DNA from: a virus
Taxonomy: Duplodnaviria > Caudoviricetes
Virus record (IMG/VR): IMGVR_UViG_3300035492_000416
Span: 1-43,080 of that record
DNA: 43,080 nt
Direction: 5' to 3' (one strand)
Made by a program: the position numbers and the translations under genes. Position 1 is the first letter of the stretch, and each line of letters begins with the position of its first letter. The notes under the pieces were generated by a model. The model saw nothing but the letters and a program-made list of their open reading frames with translations. It made no database searches and had not been told where the DNA came from. Shown here piece by piece: positions 1 to 8,862 of this stretch.

Positions 1-17
1 CGCCGATCACACTAAAC

Positions 18-42
18 GGCATTGGATGGCATGGAGTGGCGT
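18..42 (+). repeat. Three GGC(A/G)T motifs with 10-bp period in the left att arm (possible Xis/accessory-factor sites)
   Basis: GGCAT at 18 and 28, GGCGT at 38; function inferred from position next to the arm repeats. Confidence 0.4.
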
Positions 43-46
43 CCCG

Positions 47-66
47 TTTGCCCCATTTTTGCCCCA
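47..66 (+). repeat. Integrase arm-type binding repeats, left end (TGCCCCA x2, 11-bp period)
   Basis: TTTGCCCCATTTTTGCCCCA; same tandem motif and spacing at 40451-40470. Confidence 0.75.
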
Positions 67-204
67 TCCGTATTGCTATTTCGTTGCGAAAATAGCTAAC
101 TCCGGCAAAGCAAACGAACAGTCGGCTACTAACCCATGGTCGGAAATCCATTCCCGTGAGATCTGACTACAGGATAGCCACAGCATCTTATTGAGGATTA
201 CATA

Positions 205-1053
205 TTGGATATGTTCGACGCACCTTTATCCGATGCTGACCGCGATGCGCTATGCAGCGGCATATCTCTGCATAAATTTTATTCTTTTTCGGAAACCACT
301 ATCGAGGCACTGTCCGCTCCATACCTCTGGTTCTCACACATAGATGCGTTTAACGACCCCTTCGAGGGACAATTTCAGTACGTCTTCCATCCATCAATTG
401 ACCAAATAATTCACTACGAGATGGCTGACGAGGCACAGGAACTCAAACTACGACAAGAATATGAAATTGATCCTGAAGGACTAATCGAGCGCCTCAGACC
501 GTATTACATACAGCAATACGAAAACGCTGCCCGAAAGGATCGCTATGCGTACTGCTGCTTGTTTAGTGAACATACCGAATCATCCAGTATTCACGTGCGC
601 GCACTCGCCAGAATGTGGAGCCTTTATGGCAACGGCTTAAGGGGGCTTCGGGTGAATTACGACGCATCGACCTTAATGCAGTCTCTCGGCCTAGTTCGAG
701 CAGAACCGATTCAGTACGTCGAATCACCAGTTGCGCCAGATATACTAGGTTATCTAGAAGCGGAGCGCGTCGGCCATGGGCCACGCTGGACGCATTCTAC
801 TTATTTAGAAAATGCACAAAACAAGCACGTCGACTGGGCATACGAATCAGAATTTCGCATTCGCTCCAAAACAAGCGGTCCGATGTCATACTCAATAGAT
901 GCTATCAAGTCTGTCGACATTGGCGAAAGAATGCCCGCTGCCCAGCAGCGAGTCATCAGGCATATTCTGTTAGCTCAAAACCCTTCCATTACTTTCAACC
1001 AAGCTAGAGTCAAGAAGCACAGTTTCAACATTGAGATCACCCCTGAACAGTAA
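205..1053 (+). CDS. DUF2971-family protein (ADP-ribosyltransferase-like), AT-rich cargo gene
   Basis: Motifs LWFS..FNDPFEG, MWSLYG..G, KxxxWxYExEFR; GAGG SD 7-8 nt before TTG205 (alternative ATG 211). Confidence 0.75.
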   Translation: MDMFDAPLSDADRDALCSGISLHKFYSFSETTIEALSAPYLWFSHIDAFNDPFEGQFQYVFHPSIDQIIHYEMADEAQELKLRQEYEIDPEGLIERLRPYYIQQYENAARKDRYAYCCLFSEHTESSSIHVRALARMWSLYGNGLRGLRVNYDASTLMQSLGLVRAEPIQYVESPVAPDILGYLEAERVGHGPRWTHSTYLENAQNKHVDWAYESEFRIRSKTSGPMSYSIDAIKSVDIGERMPAAQQRVIRHILLAQNPSITFNQARVKKHSFNIEITPEQ

Positions 1054-1166
1054 ATAGCATTTACATCTTCATTGGATATCCAGCTCAGCTTGTTGGGCTT
1101 GCTTAGCGGCTAACGCTACTTACACGCAGTCCGGCCCAGCAATTCCAACTGTATTCCTTCTCCGGC

Positions 1167-2423
1167 CTACCGCACCAGCATCAACTCATCCCACCGCGTC
1201 GTATACCGCTGGCTCATCATCTCGCGCTTCATCGACCACTCCGCGGTGGCCGGTATTCGGCCGAGGCGGACGGTTCCCCTGCCCTCGCGCGCGTTGATCT
1301 GGTCGACCACGGCCATCAGCCGATCGGCGCCTGGCCGTGGGGCGGCGGCGAATAGGTCGCCGGTGAATTCGCCGCGCTGCCGCAGGTCCATCAGCAGCAC
1401 TTCCGCTTTGCTGTAGGCGTAGCCCTGCCGGTAGATGGCCTCAAGCCCGCGCACGGCCGCGGCAGCAAGCACGCGAGTATCGTCAGTCGGGTACGGCAGC
1501 GGGCAGCTGATGGCATTGGCGTAGCGCGGCTGGTTGGGGTTGTGCATGCCGGTGCGGATGGCCACTTGCAGCGCGCCGGCCAGGCTCTGCTGAGAGCGCA
1601 ACTTCTCGGCAGCCTTCGTGACGTAGGCCACAACCGCTTCGCGGATTGGAGCGATGTCCCGCAGACGGCTGCCGAACATCTTCGAGGAACAAATCATCTG
1701 CCGCGGCGGAACCGCCTCCTCGAGTTCGAGACAGGAGATCCCGCGCAGCTCACGGGCGGTCTTCTCCAGCACCACGCTGAACTGTCGGCGCAGCGACGCC
1801 GCGTCGTACTGCGCCAGGTCCCAGGCGGTTTGGATGCCCAGCGGCTGCAGCCGAGCCGTGAGCCGCCGGCCGACGCCCCAGACCTCGCTCACCTCTGTCA
1901 TCCGCAATAGCCGGTCACGCCGCTCCGGGTCGCGCAGGTCGATCACCCCGCCGGACTTGCGCCAGGTCTTGGCCGCCCAGTTGGCCAGCTTGGCCAAGGT
2001 CTTCGTCGGCCCTATTCCCACCCCCACCGGTATACCGGTCCAGCGCAGCACGCGCTCACGCGCCTCGTGCCCCAGCGGCACCAGGTCGCCCGTCATCCCC
2101 GTCAGGTCGGCGAACGCCTCGTCGATGCTGTACACCTCGATTCGCGGAAACATCCCCTCCAAGGTCGTCATCACCCGGGCGCTCATCTGCCCGTAGAGCT
2201 CGTAGTTACTGGAGAAACAGACCACACCCCACTCGCGCATCTGGTCGCGCCACTGGAAATACGGGGCGCCCATGGGGATGCCCAAGCGCTTGGCCTCGCG
2301 GGTGCGGGCGATCACACAGCCGTCGTTGTTGCTCAGCACTACCACCGGCACGCCGTCGAGCCATGGCCGGTAGACACGCTCGCAACTGCAGTAGAACGAG
2401 TTGCAGTCGATCAGCGCGAACAT
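1167..2423 (-). CDS. umuC: Y-family error-prone DNA polymerase V catalytic subunit (UmuC/RulB)
   Basis: [33 protein letters not shown]-terminal [14 protein letters not shown]; start set at ATG 2423. Confidence 0.95.
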   Translation of the reverse strand: MFALIDCNSFYCSCERVYRPWLDGVPVVVLSNNDGCVIARTREAKRLGIPMGAPYFQWRDQMREWGVVCFSSNYELYGQMSARVMTTLEGMFPRIEVYSIDEAFADLTGMTGDLVPLGHEARERVLRWTGIPVGVGIGPTKTLAKLANWAAKTWRKSGGVIDLRDPERRDRLLRMTEVSEVWGVGRRLTARLQPLGIQTAWDLAQYDAASLRRQFSVVLEKTARELRGISCLELEEAVPPRQMICSSKMFGSRLRDIAPIREAVVAYVTKAAEKLRSQQSLAGALQVAIRTGMHNPNQPRYANAISCPLPYPTDDTRVLAAAAVRGLEAIYRQGYAYSKAEVLLMDLRQRGEFTGDLFAAAPRPGADRLMAVVDQINAREGRGTVRLGRIPATAEWSMKREMMSQRYTTRWDELMLVR

Positions 2424-2836
2424 AGCTGGTGCAGATTGTGAGTGGCCACGCCCCATACGTGCAGGGACTCAGTGACGCGGAACGATCGGTAATCCGGGTT
2501 TTCTGGCTGCAGCCACACCCCATCCGGCGACACCTGCAACCGTTTGACCGTCATGCCGCCGTCGACGTAGGCGACGACGATCTGCCCGGAGCGCGCCTCA
2601 AGCGCCCGGTTCACCACGAGCACATCGCCGTCGTAGATGCCGGCACCGACCATGCTGGGGCCCTCTACCCTTACCAGGTAGACGTGTGGCGTACGCAAGT
2701 CGACCAGCTCATCGATGGAGAGCGTGACCTCCTCGTAGTCCGCCGCTGGCGAAGGGAAGCCTGCCGGCACGCGGCTGTCGACGTACTGGAGGAACGTGGA
2801 AGACGGGCCGAGCTGGCCGAGGATGGTGGCGTGCAT
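2411..2836 (-). CDS. umuD: Pol V accessory subunit, S24 autoprotease (UmuD/RulA)
   Basis: [13 protein letters not shown] Ser motif, TVKRL Lys motif; overlaps umuC start; start at ATG 2836. Confidence 0.95.
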   Translation of the reverse strand: MHATILGQLGPSSTFLQYVDSRVPAGFPSPAADYEEVTLSIDELVDLRTPHVYLVRVEGPSMVGAGIYDGDVLVVNRALEARSGQIVVAYVDGGMTVKRLQVSPDGVWLQPENPDYRSFRVTESLHVWGVATHNLHQLCSR

Positions 2837-2852
2837 GATACTACCCTGCAAT

Positions 2853-2872
2853 TACTGTATATGCGTACAGTA
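2853..2872. promoter_or_regulatory. LexA (SOS) box between the divergent umuDC and SRAP genes
   Basis: TACTGTATATGCGTACAGTA = CTG-N10-CAG with canonical TA flanks. Confidence 0.92.
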
Positions 2873-2936
2873 AACCGCGAGCGCATCATGCGGTCAATGA
2901 AGAGAGGCAGCCATCCGATAGCAGGCTGGAGGGGAT

Positions 2937-3635
2937 ATGTGCGGTCGATTCACGCAGTACCGAACAGCGGTTGAGTACCTGGATGCGCTGCGCTACGACA
3001 AACCCATCGAGGGCGGCATCGATCCGGAGCCGATCAACCGCTACAACGTCGCACCGCGTTCGCGGGTGATGATCTTCTACGAGACAGACAAGGGCCTGCG
3101 CATGGCCAAGCTGCCTTGGGGCTATCAACCGTTCTGGGCTGTCGGCAAACGCCCGCCCGCGATCAATGCACGCGTCGAGACGGCAGCGACCAGCCGGTTT
3201 TTCCGGGACGTCTGGGCCACCGGCCGAACGCTGGTTGCTGCGGATGGCTGGTACGAATGGGTGAAAGATCCTGCGGACCCGAAAAAGAAGCAGCCCTATT
3301 ACATTCGCCGCAAGGATGGTGAGCCACTATGGTTCGCTGCGCTCGCCCAGCTGGACCGTACCGGCCTGACCGAGCGTGACGGCGATGGCTTCGTGATCAT
3401 CACCGCCACCAGCGACCAGGGCATGGTGGACATCCACGATCGTCGCCCCGTCGTGCTCGAAGCAGACTTGGCGCGTGAGTGGGTGGAACCGGATCTGCCG
3501 CTGGAGCGCGCCGAGGAGATCGTGCGCGACCTAGCGCTGCCGGTTGAGGCATTTGAGTGGTTTGCGGTCGACCAGGCAGTGGGGAATGTACGGAACGATA
3601 AACATCTGTTGATAGAACCATTGGTCAAAGTTTGA
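2937..3635 (+). CDS. SOS response-associated peptidase (SRAP/YedK/HMCES abasic-site crosslinking protein)
   Basis: N-terminal MCGRF, RYNVAP, INARVET, GWYEW, IHDRRP, VGNVRN. Confidence 0.95.
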   Translation: MCGRFTQYRTAVEYLDALRYDKPIEGGIDPEPINRYNVAPRSRVMIFYETDKGLRMAKLPWGYQPFWAVGKRPPAINARVETAATSRFFRDVWATGRTLVAADGWYEWVKDPADPKKKQPYYIRRKDGEPLWFAALAQLDRTGLTERDGDGFVIITATSDQGMVDIHDRRPVVLEADLAREWVEPDLPLERAEEIVRDLALPVEAFEWFAVDQAVGNVRNDKHLLIEPLVKV

Positions 3636-3731
3636 AGTAAGGGCATTGCTAATGGTTCTTGGACCGCACGCCGCCGGTGAGCTATGAAAAATGTGTTACC
3701 CAACACCGGCATGCCCGGAAGGCGGTCTGCA

Positions 3732-4040
3732 ATGCGTAAGTCGTTTTTGCTGGTATTGTTTGGAGCCTGTCTGCTATCTATCAGCGGCGCCTCTTATAGC
3801 AATGAGCCAACCCAGCCGGCTCCTCGTGAAGCGTTTAACAAAGAAGTCCAAGACACTATTTTATCGGCTGTAACAACAGCTGGAGGTTCGTCTTGCTCCG
3901 TATACGGCGGGTCATGCCAAAGCTGCTCAATTTCATGTCGGGAAGGAAAATCTGCAGTGTGCACTCCAAAGAAGGAAACGTGCGGCGGCTACCCTTATAC
4001 TTGCCAATGCTACAAACAACCGTCCTGTAGCTGCCGATGA
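3732..4040 (+). CDS. Secreted cysteine-rich small protein (cargo)
   Basis: MRKS + hydrophobic signal peptide; 10 Cys in the last ~48 residues; hairpin AACCAAGC-AAAA-GCTTGGTT at 4049-4068 downstream. Confidence 0.75.
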   Translation: MRKSFLLVLFGACLLSISGASYSNEPTQPAPREAFNKEVQDTILSAVTTAGGSSCSVYGGSCQSCSISCREGKSAVCTPKKETCGGYPYTCQCYKQPSCSCR

Positions 4041-4107
4041 TCAAATCAAACCAAGCAAAAGCTTGGTTCTAAAGCCCTACATGGCTCATTCGCAGCATAG
4101 CCGATAC

Positions 4108-4185
4108 GATGACGCCTGCCGTCGCAACCCAGACCCGCGCTACATGCGCGGGCTCAGGGAGGCTATCGGCCTGACGCCATCGTAA
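4108..4185 (+). pseudogene. Fragment of a small phage HTH gene
   Basis: Translates DDACRRNPDPRYMRGLREAIGLTPS*, resembling the NPDPRYLRGL N-terminus I recall from small Pseudomonas phage HTH proteins; truncated, no proper start. Confidence 0.5.
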
Positions 4186-4276
4186 GCCATCAATCTAGCT
4201 GGCGAACCTGTCGTGCGCGCTCTTCCAAGTTTGGCAGTGACTTACATATTCCAGAACGTCAGTCAGCTGCTCCTCT

Positions 4277-4849
4277 TCATTCCATGCCGGATATAGTCCG
4301 CGCATACGCCTGACACGCTTTAAGCGCTATCAGTCCTTCGTCACCGTCGTTGGTTATTCCGATAATTCGTTGAGCATGCGCTGGGTCAAGTTCGCCTCGC
4401 GCGGTTCCATGAACCACGCCTCCGGCGCCGGCGGCGGCATACACTCCGCATGAGTTACCTGTAGATCCAACTGTCGAGTCGAGGAGGACTGACAAGCGGA
4501 GATCTGCAGTAGCGAGGCTATCGCGAAGGCGATCAGCAACGATTTTGGCATCAATCAGTTCCTTATGTTTGGACTTGGAAAGCTCGGCGAGGTCGCCTTC
4601 GAGCCTCAGCCGCTTGGCTTGCTCATCCCGAAGCTGCCCTGCGGCGGCACGGGATATCTCAGCCAGCGTGTCGGTATGCATCTGGTCCCGCCGAGCAATT
4701 TCGGCGTCTAGCCCCCTGCCCAGCTCGGCCAACTGCTTGCCGTAACTGTTCTCCTGCCACTGCCAAGCGCCAGCAGCCGCAACGGCCGTAAGCGCGAGCA
4801 CGGCGAGCGTAGATCCGATCAGCTTGTATTGCTTAAGCAGCGTTATCAT
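4277..4849 (-). CDS. Rz-like inner-membrane spanin
   Basis: N-terminal TM segment, coiled-coil, C-terminal ALKACQAY; follows endolysin; contains embedded lipoprotein gene. Confidence 0.9.
   Translation of the reverse strand: MITLLKQYKLIGSTLAVLALTAVAAAGAWQWQENSYGKQLAELGRGLDAEIARRDQMHTDTLAEISRAAAGQLRDEQAKRLRLEGDLAELSKSKHKELIDAKIVADRLRDSLATADLRLSVLLDSTVGSTGNSCGVYAAAGAGGVVHGTARGELDPAHAQRIIGITNDGDEGLIALKACQAYARTISGME
4354..4554 (-). CDS. Rz1-like outer-membrane spanin lipoprotein embedded in Rz
   Basis: Lipobox ISAC, Pro-rich CMPPPAPEAWFM, nested in another frame of Rz. Confidence 0.88.
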   Translation of the reverse strand: MMPKSLLIAFAIASLLQISACQSSSTRQLDLQVTHAECMPPPAPEAWFMEPREANLTQRMLNELSE

Positions 4850-5181
4850 TTGAGTCCACCGTGCTCAAGGCTGAAATGGTTACCGTCGTGAAAGCGACCA
4901 CCCCAAGCTCCGCCGAGTGATTCCCAGTATTCCCCAAGCGGTGCATAGTCCTCCGACCGGGTGAGGTAGTTGCCATCCTTGAACAGGTTGAAATCGACCG
5001 CCAAGCGTTCCTTGTGCAGTGAGCTCGCTGCGCTGTACGACTTCTTTTGTCCCACCGCACCATGGACCCGGGGATCCCGGTAAGCATCACCGAATGTCAG
5101 CTCGTATCCGTTCTGGTAGGCGTACTCGATTAATAGCCCTATCAGGCGTGTGAAGTGCCGCTGCTTATGTCCGAGGGTCAT
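4846..5181 (-). CDS. Endolysin, M15-family peptidase
   Basis: SLHKERLAVD (H..D zinc ligands), WGGRF..DGNHFS; start ATG 5181 with GGAG SD. Confidence 0.9.
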   Translation of the reverse strand: MTLGHKQRHFTRLIGLLIEYAYQNGYELTFGDAYRDPRVHGAVGQKKSYSAASSLHKERLAVDFNLFKDGNYLTRSEDYAPLGEYWESLGGAWGGRFHDGNHFSLEHGGLK

Positions 5182-5196
5182 GGTTTTCTCCAGGCG

Positions 5197-5221
5197 AAAA
5201 AAAGCCCGCTGGGGAGCGGGC
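5197..5221 (-). terminator. Intrinsic terminator-like hairpin upstream of endolysin
   Basis: GCCCGCT-CCCC-AGCGGGC followed by T7 on the minus strand. Confidence 0.7.
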
Positions 5222-5326
5222 CGGAAATCCACAACCGGGCGGAAGGATTTGCGCCGGTGGTGGCGTTATGATGTCACTCAATCGTGAAACATGGCACTAT
5301 TTGCGGCTGCATTAGAGGAGCAGAGC

Positions 5327-5659
5327 ATGAGCTACAACGGGAACGACCGTCGCTAATACCCTTCGCTACGAAAACACGTCGAGGCGTTGCTGAACGCCGG
5401 CGCGACGATAACGAAGCGGGAGCCCCTGCAGCTTCTGTTCAAGGGTCAGGAGATGGGCGTTCGCCACGGCATCCTGCTATGCGAGCCAACCCCTGAGGAG
5501 CTGGAAGAAGCCCTCGGCTTGCTGGCCAGTGGCGAGAGCGACAGGCAGTCGGAAGCTCTCAAGATTTGCCTCAGGCAACTGGAGGCCGCACTGGCGCCCT
5601 ACCCGCCATTTCACACAGCGCGCCTATCCAGGCGAGATAACACAGCAGCGATCGGTTGA
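5327..5659 (+). pseudogene. Small hypothetical gene with an in-frame TAA at codon 10
   Basis: GAGGAG SD + ATG5327, MSYNGNDRR*YPSLRKHVEALLNAG...; stop at 5354-5356 is in frame with ORF 5387-5659. Confidence 0.65.
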
Positions 5660-5825
5660 GAAAAAAAGCCCGCACGGGGCGGTCTCGGAACACCACGACT
5701 GCAGGCGGGGGCGTGCCGCAGGTAGTGGCGCCATGATGGCATCGCTTTAAGCAGTCCGCTGCGCTATCGCGGCTTTCATTGACCGTCGTCATTGGCGACT
5801 GAAATAGTCAGCCGACGAAGGCAAC

Positions 5826-6020
5826 TCATAGCGCCAAGTCAGTGCCGGTGTAGATCGCCGACTCATCTCCGGGATCAACGCAACCAGCTTCCAGGATCAA
5901 CGCAGGTAGATCCTCGACGATACGGTCATAGGCTTCGTTGAAGCCAAGATAGAAGCCCACAAGCACGCAGGCCAAGCCGAAGACCACTACTGCCGCCACC
6001 CGGCGGATCGAAGCACTCAT
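5826..6020 (-). CDS. Small single-TM hypothetical protein (cargo)
   Basis: AAGGA SD, hydrophobic N-terminal helix, acidic C-terminus. Confidence 0.65.
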   Translation of the reverse strand: MSASIRRVAAVVVFGLACVLVGFYLGFNEAYDRIVEDLPALILEAGCVDPGDESAIYTGTDLAL

Positions 6021-6089
6021 TGCAAATCCTTTTGCGAATGGTCGAGTAGCGATCCTGCAGCATTCGTGGCGGCAACCGGGCGGCGTACA

Positions 6090-6326
6090 TCACACATCCA
6101 CATCAAAGTGCGGCAGATTCGGAGCCGGACCGGTGATCAGGCCGTCAGCGATATAGGCCTTGCTGCTCTCCGGCACGTCGACGCCGCGAACGGTAACGCG
6201 GGTGCCGGTGCGCAGTTCGACCTCGCTGAGGCCAGCTGCGGAGTTGATGCTTCGTACCGTGGCAACGGTGCGCACGCCACCGGGCAGCAGACCGATGAAG
6301 CGCTTCCAGGGGTTAGTGGTGGCCAT
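6090..6326 (-). CDS. Small tail-tip protein
   Basis: TGATG coupling to upstream tail gene; beta-rich 78 aa; last gene of the tail module. Confidence 0.75.
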   Translation of the reverse strand: MATTNPWKRFIGLLPGGVRTVATVRSINSAAGLSEVELRTGTRVTVRGVDVPESSKAYIADGLITGPAPNLPHFDVDV

Positions 6327-8083
6327 CAGTGGTGACGCTCCAGTTTAATTACCTGCTTCACCCGCACTGCCCCAGTACCCTCAGCACTGATGTCCACCGC
6401 CAGACACAGGCCCACCCAGGCGCCGGTTGGCTCTGGCACTCGGCAGAGCTGTGCCGGCAGAACCAGGCCGACACCGTGGTCATCGCTTACGGGGAACAAC
6501 GGGATAGTGGTGCTGACGATCTCGATGTTGCCGCCCTTGCTCAGCTCGTGGATGCCGCGGGCCTGGTTGGCCGGCTGATCGGTCAGCCAGTCCTCGAAGA
6601 CGTCTGGCGTCGGGTTGTCGCCGGCGGTGCCCGCGCGACGGACAAGCATGCTGCACCCGTGCGAGGTACCCGAGGTGTAGCAGGCATTCCATGCCGGTTG
6701 CGGGGTCCACTCGCCACCCAGCTCGGTCATCATCGCCGGCGGGATGATGCGGCTGATAGGCGTGTCGACGTCTTCCCAGGCCCAAGGCGGCGCCGGGTAA
6801 CGTGGCACGACCTCCACCTGATCCGTATCACGAGCAGGGCGCACCACACCGCCGACCGTATCGGCGAGCCGAGCGATAACCTGCATGGCGGTCTGGCCCT
6901 GGTAGCTGAGCGCCCCGGCAGGGAATGTCCAGTCGGTCGCCTGCCAGTCGAGCGTGAAACCGGTGTTCAGCAGCTCGGCCTCGGCAGCCTGGGCAGCATT
7001 GATCGGAGCGCTGTTCAAGCTGGTGCGCAACGGTGCGTACGGCGCTGCCAGCAGCTGCGGCCGAGTGGCGCCGCTGATGCTGTAGGCCTCGGCCGGAAAT
7101 CGCAGCTGCCGACTGTAGCGCTCAACCAACAGCACCCACTTCCAGCCGTTGATGTCCAGCTCGACTGACTTCGCGCCGTCGGCGTCGGGGCGCACCAGGT
7201 CGAGGGCGGCCTGGGTGAAAATGTCAGCGGTGAACGACCAGCTGAATGAGTCGGCATCGAGGCTCACGCGAATGTTCTTCGCCTCGATCGGCGTACGGCT
7301 GGGCAGCACGACCAGGTTGACGGTGTTCGCGATCATGTAAGTATCCAGTATCTCGGGGTCGGGCGGCGGCTCTGGCAGCGGCTTCACCGGCCCTGGGTAG
7401 TCCATGTAGGGCATGTCGGTCAGCACGCCATCGACTTGCCGCGCCCTACCCCATGGCAGCCATGCGCGGCGGTTGAGGCGAGTTGCTGACTGCCAGCCCA
7501 CCCGAGCCGAGCACATGTCGGTCGGCTGGATGACTGGCGTCGCCGGCACGTAGCGGAAGTCGAAGAAAACCCGAGGCGAGGTGCTGGGAAAGTACGGCCG
7601 CCCGCCGAACTCAAACACCAGCGCACCGCTGCCTGGCACGTAAAGGCTATCCTCCAGTGCCGTTTGCGCGTTGTAGCGCGGGCCGAACTCGTTGACGCGG
7701 CGGTGGCCGGCCGCAACGCCGAGGTCCTTATGGGCGGGTTTCGGGTTGTAGATCAGCCGCAGACGCACATCCGCGACGCGAATGCTCCGGCCCCATCCTG
7801 ACGACAGGCCAGTATCGCGAACCGGCACCCATGCCCAAGGCGATGCATCCGCCGGAGGATCATGCGCAAGAGCGTTTCGCCAGGCCCCTGCCCCGCCGAA
7901 ATCTTGCGATGGCACACGCGCCCAAGGTGATGCCGCAGCCCGCCGATCGGCTCTCTCGGCGATTCGCCAGCAGGCCGCGCCTGTATGGTTCAACGGCTGC
8001 AGCACGTCCCAAGGCAGCGCCGATGCACGCCGATCCGCGGCTGCAGCGCGACGCCAGGCGCCACTGATGGAAACACTCAGCAT
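6326..8083 (-). CDS. Tail-tip/hub-like protein with N-terminal Trp-periodic repeats
   Basis: Coupled tail-operon position; Trp at residues 10, 25, 39, 54, 68, 83, 97; hub role is inferred. Confidence 0.75.
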   Translation of the reverse strand: MLSVSISGAWRRAAAADRRASALPWDVLQPLNHTGAACWRIAERADRRAAASPWARVPSQDFGGAGAWRNALAHDPPADASPWAWVPVRDTGLSSGWGRSIRVADVRLRLIYNPKPAHKDLGVAAGHRRVNEFGPRYNAQTALEDSLYVPGSGALVFEFGGRPYFPSTSPRVFFDFRYVPATPVIQPTDMCSARVGWQSATRLNRRAWLPWGRARQVDGVLTDMPYMDYPGPVKPLPEPPPDPEILDTYMIANTVNLVVLPSRTPIEAKNIRVSLDADSFSWSFTADIFTQAALDLVRPDADGAKSVELDINGWKWVLLVERYSRQLRFPAEAYSISGATRPQLLAAPYAPLRTSLNSAPINAAQAAEAELLNTGFTLDWQATDWTFPAGALSYQGQTAMQVIARLADTVGGVVRPARDTDQVEVVPRYPAPPWAWEDVDTPISRIIPPAMMTELGGEWTPQPAWNACYTSGTSHGCSMLVRRAGTAGDNPTPDVFEDWLTDQPANQARGIHELSKGGNIEIVSTTIPLFPVSDDHGVGLVLPAQLCRVPEPTGAWVGLCLAVDISAEGTGAVRVKQVIKLERHH

Positions 8084-8862
8084 CAGACCACCTCGACAGG
8101 AATGGGGCCATGTGCAATGGGCTGGAAGTAGCGCCGGGCAACGGCACGAGCGGTGCCCAGCGGCTGCGAGGGGTTGTCACCTTGGGCAGCCCACCAGGTG
8201 GGCTCGGCAGCAGGTAGCTGCCCCGCTTCGGTGATCTCGTACAGCCAGCCGGCATAGCGCGTCGGGCGGATACGCTGGCCGACCTGTACTGCCAGTTCGG
8301 GAACAAACGCGACACCGTAGTCGTCCACGCCGATGGCATACACCTCGCCACCTACCACGCGCACGTCGATGTCGCCGCTGCCACCCGGCGTCGGGCCGTA
8401 GCCCGCCAGCCGCCACTCACCGTCCGCAGGCCGCTCGACCAGCACAATCTCGCGACTCGCCGGCAACCGCTCGACGCGGACGAGACCTTCCACTCTACCG
8501 GGGTCGCCCTGCTGGCCACCGCCCTCGCCCGAGGTGATGTTGAAGGTGTAAACACCAGACTCCGAAAACGAGAGGTAAGCAGCACGGGTCCGACGTGGCG
8601 GCATGTCATCTACCCCGGCAATTAGCCACTCACCCTGATCGAGTAGCGTGGCCAACGCGAGGTTTCGAACGGCGGTGAACTCACCATCTGAAGTGTCAAA
8701 CACCTGACACAGTTGATGCACAGATACCCAATCGCGGTACATCAACAAGCGTTTATAGCCTGATGTCACCACCCCGTCTCGCAACAGCCTGAAGCCTATG
8801 CCTGCTCTAGGAGCGGACGGACGCGGAATGGGAACGGAGGTCGGAGGTAAGTACGTAGCCAT
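8083..8862 (-). CDS. Tail protein (AT-richer N-terminal half, GC-rich C-terminal half)
   Basis: TAATG coupling with upstream gene (start ATG 8862); tail-operon context. Confidence 0.75.
   Translation of the reverse strand: MATYLPPTSVPIPRPSAPRAGIGFRLLRDGVVTSGYKRLLMYRDWVSVHQLCQVFDTSDGEFTAVRNLALATLLDQGEWLIAGVDDMPPRRTRAAYLSFSESGVYTFNITSGEGGGQQGDPGRVEGLVRVERLPASREIVLVERPADGEWRLAGYGPTPGGSGDIDVRVVGGEVYAIGVDDYGVAFVPELAVQVGQRIRPTRYAGWLYEITEAGQLPAAEPTWWAAQGDNPSQPLGTARAVARRYFQPIAHGPIPVEVV

Noticed and set aside
1-204. Left att core duplicate of the mutS motif
   Set aside because: No ATGATGCAGCA copy in this interval; only arm-type repeats are present, so the core is not called here
3732-3775. Lipoprotein signal (FGAC) in the Cys-rich protein
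   Set aside because: Cys13 is early and the lipobox is poor; hydrophobic stretch continues, favouring signal peptidase I cleavage near ASYS
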